A stretch of 64,000 bases of DNA, taken from the IMG/VR virus record IMGVR_UViG_3300020050_015720, one strand, 5' to 3'. Below, piece after piece: positions 9,495-21,400 of this stretch (positions are counted from its first letter, which is position 1; each line of letters begins with the position of its first letter). Under the pieces are notes generated by a model, which did not search any database, was not told where the DNA came from, and saw nothing but the letters and a program-made list of their open reading frames with translations. The position numbers and the translations under genes were made by a program. This stretch comes from a virus. Taxonomy: Duplodnaviria; Heunggongvirae; Uroviricota; Caudoviricetes.

Positions 9495-12400
9495 ATGCCA
9501 GATATAAGTCAATTAATTTCACCGGTCAAACACAAAGCCTATGCCAGACCTCGTAATGAGTTTGGCGGACAACCAATAGGTAGCGCTGACACCTATCTTG
9601 GTAGCTTGCTGGGGAATTACTACGATAAGGGCCTCTTGGATTATGAGAATCAAGCCAATGTCCGATATAATAATCAAGGCTATCCAACAGCAATTGCAAA
9701 CTTCTTAGGGGACTTAGGAGTAAAAACATTGTCTGGTGCACCAACAATAGTAGGCGCTTTTACAGGGCTTGTAGAAGGAAGTGCTAAAGCTCTTTCTGGT
9801 GGAGAGTTTGCTTCTGGATTTGAACATAACCCATTCTTGGATATGGGGAAGGCAATCAGTACCTGGGGTACTGAGCATTTTCCGCACTTTCAAGAGGCAA
9901 ACTTCCATGATAAAAGCTTTTGGGATCAACTATCTTCTCCTGGGCAACTAGCTACGGCTAATGTTGAAACAGTTTCTTTTTTAACTCAGAGCTTTGGATT
10001 AACAGGCTTGTTGGCAAAAGCAGCTACAGGCTCAAGGGTTATCAATGCTTTAGCAAAAGGAAAGTCATTTAGAGATGTCCTATTTAATTCGGGTAGTCAG
10101 AAGCTGGCCAAGATAGCTAGTAATATAGACGAGCTAACATTAAACACATTTTTAACTGTAAATGAATCTGCTCTTGAGGGAATTGATTCTAGGGATCAAG
10201 TAAAGAGGCAACTGGAGGTCGCAAGACAGCGTGGAGAAAATGAATTAACTGACGAACAAATAGCTGATAAAGCTAATCAGTCTTTAACCAATGTTTTTTG
10301 GTTGAACATGGCTACGGCTGGAGTTACAAACAACTTCTTCACAAAACTTGTGAAACCTATATTCAAACCTGGTGTTACTTCTACTAGGATGAATGACTTA
10401 GGACTAGGACTTGCAAAATCTTCGAGTAAGGTTGTTCAGGCCAAGGCTCCTTTGACTGCTGTTGAAAAGTTACTTTATGACCAAGGCAACTCCTATGCTA
10501 ATTTTGCAAAGTCAATTATCACTCAAACTTTTGGAGAGGGCTTAGAAGAAAATCTTCAGTACTCAATTCAAAAAGCAAATGATGCTACCCATAACCATAG
10601 TTCTTTTCTAGACGCTTCTAAAGCTTATATTAAAGATGTTTTAGAAATGGATTTCGCTGATCCAGACAGAGTAAAGGCCGCTGGTCTTGGAGCTATTATA
10701 GGTGGTGGCCAATCTATTGTTGCGGATCTAATTGGTGTAGGATCGGTCTCTCAATCTAGAAATTACCGTCAACGTCAAAAAGACGCCGAGACAAGGTTGA
10801 ATTCGGCTTATACTGATTTCTTCTCAACTGATGTTATAGAGCGTACGCCTGCAAAAAAAGGAAAGCTGGTAGCCAAGCCAAAAGAAGACGGAACACAAGA
10901 GTATTTTAATGAGATAGATGGACAGGTGCAGAAGATTGATGAAACACAGTACCAAGGATTGGCTGCTCAGTATGGAGCAGATCAGGATGGTAACTATGAA
11001 ATAGCTTCTTCTATAGTATTGGGAGATGATGGCCTACCTAAAAAGGATATGGCAAAAGCTTCCGCACTGGCCGCTGACATCACCTATCAAGGAGAATTAG
11101 ATAATTTATTTGATTTAGAAGCTGGCAGACCAAATCCTAATCCATTAAAACTAAAATATTTCCAGCTAGAAAAGTTAAACAATCTGGCCCAAACTGCCTT
11201 CAACTCTGGCACTACAGAACAGCTTATACAGAAGTTAGAAACTTTACAGCAAGCCACAGAAGAACAGGCCCAGGCAATGGGATTTTCAACAGCGAAGGAA
11301 CTACAAGAACAGGTAGATGGTTGGAAAGCACATATTGAAAGATTAGAGCAAAACTTTTTACAAGTAAATAATTCACTTCTATCGCCTACAGACGAGACTA
11401 CATTAAGAGGTTTAAAAGCTTACACAGCTAATGTTGGTGGTAGGATTGTAAATCTAAAAGCTTTATCCGAGGAAATTGGTAAAGAAATAAATGCAGTGTG
11501 GCAACAGGACCCAATTAGGGCTTCAGAAATAGCCACTGCTTTCAACGCTGGTGATATAGATGCTCTTGGTAAGTTTAAAACAAAGGATGCCCTCAATGAG
11601 CAACAGCTTGCTAATCTTCTAACCCAGCAAAAAGAAGCTGAAACAGCTTTGGAAGAACTGGGACAAGTTTATACGAAGCTAATAAAACCTAGCACAGGTT
11701 TTAAAGCCTATAAAGACGCTGTATCTAATAAAGATTTTAGTGGACTTCGAACAGTACGAGAAGGGCTAAAGACTTTATCTTTGGGGGAAGGAGCTACTGA
11801 CAAAACTGTTAATAGTTTCCTAGAGAAAAGGGCCACAGCTATTGAAACTGAAAAGAAGTTAAAGGTTGCAAAGACTTACTTTCAATCAGACGTATTAGCG
11901 GCAACAGTAAGGCTGTCAAATACAGGAAAGGATCTAGCTGATAAAATCGAATCTTTAAATAAAATAACTCAAACCCTTCAGGAAGAAGATCTTTCTATGT
12001 ACGGAGATGAGATAGACTTATTGAAGAATGAGATAGCAGAAGTGGCTGAAACTCTGCAAAAGGAAGAAGAAGCTATTTTAGCGAAACTACCAAATGGTAT
12101 CTCTGTTGAAGAGCTTCTAGAAATGGAAGCAGATGAACTACCTGATAGCATTTTAGCTTTGCTTGATGAATATGATAATATAAAAGCGTTACAGAGTTCT
12201 GCGGCACCTTTGATAAAGGACCAACAGAAAACTTTCGATACTCTTGACGCTAGAAAAACAAGTCCTGATTTCGTAGACAATATTGAAGCTAAGGAGCTCG
12301 CTGCAAAAGAAATAACTCAAGCGGCTGAACGGATTGTTGAGGTAAGTGAATTTGATGGTGAAAAGATATCAGAAGACTACACAGCACTAGAGGCAGTAAA

Positions 12401-15400
12401 GAAACAAATAGCTCATCTTGAAGCACTAGAGAAAATAAATCTTGATTCCCTTGGTAACAATGGTAAACTTATAAAAAGCAATGCTGCTATCCTACTTCCA
12501 AAACTAAGACTTATAAAAACTTTGGTTGAGGAGAATCTTAAGAACAAGGACTTAAAAAATACAAAGGAGAACTTATTCTACGCTGAGGCAACCAATGAAC
12601 TAACGCCAATCCTTACTGAAGATGTTCTAGATCCAGAATTAACTTCAATGGCGGTATTAGATACACTAGCTCAAGAACCTAAGAAAGCTATTGAAATTCA
12701 AGAGGCTTATAGGAAAAAGGCTGAAGAATTCTTACGTTCTATGAAGTTGCTTTGGACAACAGGACTTGGGCCAAGATTAACTGATGAATCTCTTGTTAGA
12801 ATATTAGACAATCCTAGTCGCGGATTTTTAGAAGTACTACGTATATTAGAGGCTAAGGAGAAATTAAATCCTCTACCAAAGCAGAATATAGATCCCTTAG
12901 TCAATTTTAATAAAAACTATGATATTGTTGATTTTAATACTGCTCTTGGTAACTATGTTGGTAACGCAACGAAGGAAGAACTAGCTGCTCTTGTAAAACT
13001 ACAGGCGCAGTTAACAGCTCTGCAACATATTCAATTGGCCGCTGAAGGTGGATTTAACCATGTTGAATTTCTTTCAAAGATCAGGAAGTTCATAAAGAAC
13101 AATCCGCTACTTCCACTACCTTCTTCAGCACAAATCAGGGTTGCTAGGGAATTGGCTACTTTCTTCTCTACCCCAAAAAATTCAGGAAAATTATATTCTG
13201 CTGGCGCAGCTTTAAGAGCTCCAGCGGGAGCAGGAAAATCCTTAGTAGTATCTAAGTTGTTGAAGCACGTGCTAGGCCTAAAGGATGAGGAAATTATTTC
13301 AGCGGCTCCATATCAACTAGCTGCCGAGAACATTGCAGAAAGTCTTGGTAATCCTGACAACACCAACACTATTGAACAAATAATAGCTAAACTAGAGTCC
13401 GATACTCTAGGTAAGGTGAGAACCATCATCATAGACGAAGCTGGGGGTCTTACTATTGAAACCATAAACAAGTTTGCTTCTGCTGTTGCTAAGTACAATA
13501 CTCTAAACGAAGAGGCACAGGTTAAGTATTTGTTTCTATATGACCCAAACCAAGTAACACCAGGAAACGTCGGTAGACCAGCACTAGATCTTGAATTTTA
13601 TGATAACTTTTCAGCTACTGAAACTGAGTATCATAATGGGGATAAAGCGGTAAAAGAGGCATTTGAGACAGGAAGAAGGCCAATAACAGCTGTTACGGGA
13701 TTACCTTTAGTAGAGAACTTGCTACAAATATCACCCTTATCGGCTACTTACAGAGCAGACTTAGATGAGTTAATAGATCTTCAGAATCAATACAAAAGTA
13801 AGGAAGAAGTAGTTGAACATAATTCATCTTCTTCAAAGGATATCTCCTTATCAGCTGAAGAGATAGAGGGCTCATTTGCAGAAACAGGCAACTCTATTGT
13901 AGATAGTTACAAACGTTCTGTAAGAAGCAATCCGGCTAGGACAAGGATTATACTGGTTGGAAGTAAAGCAAAGCAAGCTCAATATCAAGCTTCTCTTCCG
14001 GATGCTACTGTTCTGATGGTACCGGAAGCAGCAGGTATTGTTAGAGACGAGGTTTATGTGGACATTACTAAAGGGGATCAGGTAAATTTTGAGAACGTAG
14101 AAGTATATAATCAGTGGGTATATACAGCTTTATCAAGAGCAAGAAAATATGCACATCTGTCTAATGTCCCAAAGGCTTCCCACATAGTTGACCCAACTAT
14201 AGCAGCACAACCAAAAACTACAAGAACAGCTGAAGAAGTCTTAAAGCTTTTAGATGAACGCATAAAGATTTTAGAAGCATTAACTGATGTTGCTGTTCCT
14301 TCTGAAGAAGCTCCAGTACCAGAAAGTAAGCCTAAAAAGGAGAAAGAAGAAGAGGAAGAAGATATAACTTGGGAAGAAGATATTCCTATAGATACTCCAC
14401 CACAGCAGCCCGTTGTGCAAGGAGCCCATAGACTTCTTCATCCAACTAATGCAACATTTAAGCATGACCAAGGTAGAGACGGCATTAACCCACTAGTTCC
14501 TGGAGAAGTGCTTCAAATCGCCTTAGACCGTACTCCAAAAAAGGATGGTACACCAGCAAGTAGATACGTTATTCTACGAAAACTTGGAGGTGATCTTTTT
14601 GAAAGAATAGCAGTATTAGGAGAATCTGAAAATAGGAGGTTAGAGGAAAATTTAGGGATTTCCCTACAAACACTCCAACCCTCAACACTTTCTTCTACAG
14701 CTACTCCAGGTGTATTTAGGTCTCCTGGTCTTGATAGTATAGAGATCATAAACCAAGCCAGCAGTGCACCTCTCCAATACCTGTACGGTGAAGAGCCAAC
14801 GGAAGATTTTTCCTCTCTTGCAAGAGATGCTAATAGTGGAAAGATAACAGATATCCCTCTTCTGAGAAAGTATTTGAATGAGATGTGGGGTCCTAGTGGT
14901 GATGAGCAATTAGAGAACTATTCAGAAATACTAGCCAATCCTGCAAAGCATGTCACTATAGGCGTGTTTAAGTCTGCAAAGGATCTTGATAGATGGTTTC
15001 CGGATGCTACCTCAATAGAGGATAGACCTCAAATAGGTCCTCCTTATATGATGATACACGGACTACGAACTACAACTGGTAAGGTTGTAAAGACACAGTT
15101 CATTCGTCTCGCTCCAACAGTCTTAAATACAAAGACCACAAATATAGAGCCCCTTGTAAAATTCATAAAGACACTAGAACAATTTGAGAAAGCGTTGGCA
15201 AGTAGTAAATTACCAGGAGCTTACTCTACATTAAAACTAGGGGGCATGGTGGATATTGCTGGGGAGAAGTATTTTCCTTTTCACGAGCTTATCACACACC
15301 TTTCTAATACACACACGGCTCTTGTTGAAGGTAAGGAGGCTACATTGAAATTATCTCCTGCGCCGGCTCTAAATAAGTTGTTTCCCGATGTTGATGGGAA

Positions 15401-18400
15401 GAAGATTCCTAAGAAACTACTAGAGCTTGCATCCGAGTTAGATTTCTTGGTGCATGGTAATATTGAAGCTGGTAAGAGAAGATCCTATAAAGGAGAAGCT
15501 CAACTAATAATGGACTCCATTGGTAGTCAGAATTTAGTAATTACAACACATAATGGTAAGAATATAATTCTAAGAGACTACAAAGTATTAGATGAAGAGA
15601 AGGACGTAAAAGATACCAAGGGTATCAGTTTGCTTGGTCCTATTAAATTTACTAGGAAGAAAGGATTAGCCTATAATCCAAAAATAAACTCTGCGCTACT
15701 AAACCGATTAGAAGCTTATAGGGGTTCTTTAGTAAGAAGGGGAAAAGCCGGCACACCAAGATTTCATTTCATAAATGAGCTCTTAGAGACTCCAGGAAAT
15801 AAACACCTTTCTCCAATAAGCTTAGAGGACTTAAAGGATGTGTTCTTAGAAGGACAGGATAAAACAGGCACCTTTAGTAATATTTCAGAAGGATTTGGAT
15901 TGAGAACTCCTCTACCAAAGAGTTTTGATGTGAGCGCTGAGACAGCCTTAGAGAATCTACCCTTAGAGTTGGTGACTACACATTTTACAGGAGTACGCCA
16001 CACCGTCATAGATGTTGCCTTAGAAGCTGGAGTAACAAGTCCACTTGAGCAAGAACAACAAAGAGTAGAGCGCTCTGAACTAATTCGATTGAAAAGAAGG
16101 ATTGAGGAGTTTTCTAAGGAAACAAGCACTAAAACTATTGAACAAGCCATAACAAAAGAATTTAGCCAGAAGGCTACTGGGGAATTTGTTAGCGGTTTGG
16201 GAGCTATTTCGCTAATTGAAGCTGTCGAAAAATATAGAGAGGCTCACGCTCAAAGCCAATTATATGTAACACAAAATGTTGCTATAATCACTGCCCTAAA
16301 GGACGTCGCAAAACAAGAAAGCACTGCTCTCGATAATATTAAAGCAGATCTTGAAACATCCTTAGATGTCAAAGATACAGGACGAAACCAAGGCGACGTT
16401 GCTTCTAGAGACTTCATTAGAGCTTCTGTTCTTACGAGAATTTTGAATGCTATTAATGAACAAGAGGTATTTACGATTGCAGACTTTGCACGGACGGACT
16501 ATTATTCAGGTAAGAAGTTTGATAGAGCTAGATTTGATAATGACTTAGAAAGCTTGATTTATGAGTTTGAAGCTGACGAAGCTATTGTAAGACAAAAATT
16601 ACAAGAAGTTATAAATCACTACAACACACTTGCACAGCAGGCTGGATTAACCGAGCGTATAACCTATACAGAGCTAGAAGATCTCTACGACATCTTTGAC
16701 CAGTTAATACCTATTAGCTCTGCTCTTAGAAAAAAAGCAAGAGAAGGTTCTGCCTTACCAACTGTGCAGGCTTTTGATGCTGAAAGTTTAGATGTTCCTA
16801 CTGGATTCTCGGATTACTTAGAGAAGTTGGTGGCATTATCTGATTCACCAGCTGAAGAGTTCGAAGATGTATTCCAATCTAATTTCGAATATAGAGATAA
16901 GGTGCTTTCGATAAATCCTGATGATCCCATGGAAGGGGTCACAAAGTTATTGGAAGCAATTCATACTGAACGTTCAAAGAGATTCTTAGGTGAAAATCTT
17001 GGTGAAGAGTTTTCCGACGTAGATGTTGATAATTACGTGGGTAGATTCACAGGAAAAACACCTATTCAATTCTTGAAAAGCCTCTTCTCTAACAAGAAAG
17101 GAGAATTATATCAAATATTGGAATACGGGCAACTTGTCAATGCTAGAGGGGAAACTGTCTGGGGGCTCTATAAAAACGGGATAACTAGCTTTGCTAGATT
17201 AGCAAATGGTAAGATCTCTTCTAGAGTTGTAAGACACGAATTATTTCACAAAGTATTTTGGGAATACCTTACTCCAGCTGAACAGGTGCAGGCTTTAAAT
17301 CTTGCTCGTGAGGTTTATGGGGAATTAGGGGTTGTAGAATTAGAAGAGAAATTAGCCGAGAGTTTTGAGACATTTGTCAAAACAAAGACATCTAATATCT
17401 TTGAGATTCTTTGGAATAAGTTGAAACGTCTTTTAGGATTTACCTATAATAATCTAAGCAGCGTAGAGAATTTCTTTAATCTGATAGATAACAAGGCTTT
17501 CTATTTTAAGCAACGAGAGACACCATTAGTTGAAAGAGCTGCGATGAATCTGCGCTCAGAATTTAATTCTTACACAGAATATCATCAAGCAAAAACATTT
17601 ATTTTAGCTGCTTATTCTGAAATTCAAAGGAATCGGCCGACTACTCGAGTATTGAGTCAAAGTGAAATTCTTGAGTCTGTAGTAGAACGAATGAAGGATT
17701 TTGTAGAAAGTCCTAGTAAGTTTTCAGCAGGCATTACTTATACGCAGGAAGAAGCTGCTCAGCTTAGAGCCACGCTCGCAAAGATCTTAAAAAATGGAGG
17801 TCTTTGGAGAAAGCTTGTAAATCACTACTTTGGACAAACACAAACTAGAGGAGCTGTTCTGAAAGTACTGGATGCAATTAAATTAAAGGATATAGAAGAG
17901 AAAGAAGCTAAACTAGCCGCTCTCTTAGAAGGCGCTCCAGCAGAAGTAGAAGAAGGTAACGAAGAAAATGTTGACACACCAGAGTCGCTAACTTCTGAAC
18001 TTGATGCCCTACGAGCCGAGACATTTGACTCTATGCTTGTTGATCCTCACGTAAAATTAACGGGCGCAATAAAGCAAAGGTTAATCACAATAAAGTACTG
18101 GAAAAACGGTAAAGAAGATTATGCAGACTTAAACAGGGCCTATTCATTTTTGCTAGAACGTATTGCTTCAATTCCTAAGCATTCTATAAGAGGGGCATTG
18201 GAAGCTTTGAAACACAACTTTAAAGAATTCCAAGGAATAAGAAGTAAACCTAATATCCGTTGGGCTACAGGAAACGCTATGTTGAATTTGTTTCACGACA
18301 TAGAGACAAAGTTAGATGCTCCGAACAGACTAAAGAATATTTCTTTTAGAAAAGACGCAACCTTTAAGGGGGTGTATGCGATTTACTCTTTAGATGGTTC

Positions 18401-21400
18401 GTCTGTTGAAGAAGTAACCTTACATACAGCAAAGCAATTTCCTACAAAGTATGGTGTTGAACATCAACAAAGCACTACACACAGCTTCATTGAGCTCTTA
18501 GCTAATAAGGTACGAGTCCCATATAGTTCAGTAGGACAAGCATACTACTTGTTTGAAGATATGGACTTTTTAAAGAGCTTACTGGCAGCTGTAGCATCCT
18601 TGAGAAAAAGTAAGCCATTAGCCTTCATTGAGCGTTGGGATTTTGGTATTTATAAAGTAATAAACTACATAATAAAAGCAGGTGGAGGTAAAAGAGCCCA
18701 TGAAGCTAATCTCCGCTTCTTCTTTAATAAATATGTAGAAACCCGTCTTGAGGCCAAGGAAAAGAAACTCTTTCCTCAGGAATTCATGGACAAACTTTAT
18801 AATACAAATGTAAAAACAATAGAAGAGAAAAGAAGCCTTATAAAGGAGTTTCTTAATCTTATAGATGTCCATAAAAGAATAACAGATGCTTCTGCTAGGA
18901 GTGTTGAGTTATTTTTTGAACGTTTAAAACTTGTTGCTCCAAAATTGCAGGCTGGTTATGCAACAGAGAAGACAGACTACGAAACTGAAGAAGAATATCA
19001 AGAAGCTAGAAGTGGTGAAACTCTGTTAGAAAATGAGGGAAGCTTTATTGATGAATTAACAGATATGTTGAATTCCCACTTTGCTTTAGGTGAAACTCAC
19101 TCCTATACAAGAGGCGACGGTAAAAAAGCTTTTGGATGGATTGATTCTTCCTACCAGACAGATCTACTGACAAGTCTCGAAAATGCTTTACAGGGACGAC
19201 CAGCCAAGAGTTTTGATACTTTTTCTGTACAAAATGGAAAAGTGAAAAGCACCGATCCATTCCTATCTTCTAATATTTTCTTTAACGGTCTAAACACGCT
19301 GTTCTCGTATAATGAACATGATTCATGGAAACAAAAAGGGAATGAGCGCTTCGCTAAATTCCTTCGCAAAGAAAATTTAAATGACTTTAGAAAGCGCCAC
19401 ATAGTAGGTAATTTTATTTCTAGAGTAGCGGCTTCAAGAGGAAAATACTATCAAGCTCTGCCTATTCCATCAAATAGAACGACCATTGCTAATGTAGAGG
19501 TTTCAGTATTAAAAGGAGCACAGATAGATAAAGCTTTACTAGCTATTATCAACGCTCAAAAAAATAGACCTGATCCAAAGTTACTTGGAAATAATCCAAC
19601 ATATGCTAAGAATTACCAATCTTGGAGATTTGCGGGACTGACTGGTTCAACAAAAGATCTTTCAACTACTGAAGCTATTGAGGCAGTAAAGAAACACGTA
19701 ACTACTAAGGTAGCAGAACTATTGCCTGCTTTCATCAGATTACCAGAGAAAAATGCTAAGGTACCTATTTCCGACAAGGATTTAAAAGCTGCGGCTAGCA
19801 TACTGAATATTGGAACTGCTCCCGAATGGAAACGTAACATGAGTGATGAAGAATTAAATAATTATTTTGAAAAAAGAAATCAAATAGTTGAAAAACTAAT
19901 AGAAAGTTTCTACTTTAATTTCATAATAAACCAGTATTCTTTATCTCAAATTATTTATGGTGACGAGGCTTTCTTCGCTAACAAGGAAGAACAAACAAAA
20001 CGTATTCAGATAGTAACTGCTACTGGGGACACTATGCTAATAGATGCTGTACACGGGCTCCCTAAAGAATCCAAAGTATTGGTTGTCGAAGACTTAGTAA
20101 GAGAGATTCCAGAAGACCTAGAAGCTGCTATCAATGCTTCCTACGGAGCTGACTACGAAGCTTCAGATGCTGAAGGATTTATGCTACCAGAGTTCTATGA
20201 AAAGATTGCTTCTGCTTATGGAGCTGATGCTCTTGTTGATACAGTATTAAAGCCCGTATATTTCTCCATAGAAAAGGGTGTTCCAACAGCCGTAAAATAT
20301 TCTGTTAAAGTCTTGACTGACGAACTTGTTGCTGCCTTTCCTCATCTTGCCACCTATAGAGAGGCCATGCGTAATGCGAAAGCAGATCAGATGGTTTTCA
20401 AATCTGGTGTAAAGATTGGTAGACCTGCTAGTCCAGCCAAACTTGGAGAGGATGGTCGAATACATACGAATAGTATATCAGAAGGATCTTTCATTACATT
20501 AAACAATGAGAATCTACGTTTCCAGTTGAACCCAGCCCACAGTGTAGAAACAAGCGTAGCAGCCCCTTCACAGGCTACCGCTATGCAGGACACAAACGGA
20601 GAGAATACACATGAAATTTATGATCTACACTTAGCAAGTGCTACAATCATAGATAATGGTGTTAGGCAAGTCTCAAGAGATTTAAGGCTAACTAGCAAGG
20701 GCACTTTAACAGCTGCTTCTGAAAACTTATTAAGGGCAAAGTTAATTGAAAACCTAGACGGTCTTGATGGAGCAAAGGATGTTTATGAAATTCTAAAAAC
20801 AGAATCCAAAAAACAAAAAGCTTCTTTCAATCTCCCGTTAATAGCTGATCGTGTAGTTTCTAGTATAGGTTCCATGATAACAGCCGCAACAACAGGATTC
20901 AGATTTAAAGGCTCAAAGTTAGTTTTACAAGCGGATCTTGGACCAGTCGAAATTACTAATCCAGACGGTTCGAAAGAAATGCGTAATCTAAAGTGGCGCG
21001 ACTCAGAGGGTTACTGCGAAGTAATCTTACCTGAAGAGTATGCTGCTTATATGACTGTTGGTGATGTTCTTGGGCTCTCTAATGGCTTAGTTGGTTTTAG
21101 GATTCCTACTACTAACTATCACTCATTATTACCAATGAAGGTAGTTGGTTTTTATCCTAAGTCTGCGGCTTCTCAAGGAAACATTATAATCGCCCCTTCT
21201 CTTATAGTATACTACCATGGTTCTGACTATGACGTAGACAGTTTGTTTGTTATTAGAAAAGACTACAATGATATGAAGGAAGCGCTAGATTTAAATACTA
21301 TTTTAAGTAGCGTTGATCCTTCCCATGTTTATAATCCTGATCTTGTAACTCCAGTAGGGGAAGCCTATGGTTACCTAAATGGAAAACCTATCACTATTGA

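Noticed and set aside
17235-17249. HExxH motif as evidence for a metalloprotease domain in the giant ORF
   Set aside because: It is a single pentapeptide with no recognisable third zinc ligand or surrounding zincin signature. It is kept only as a low-confidence note.
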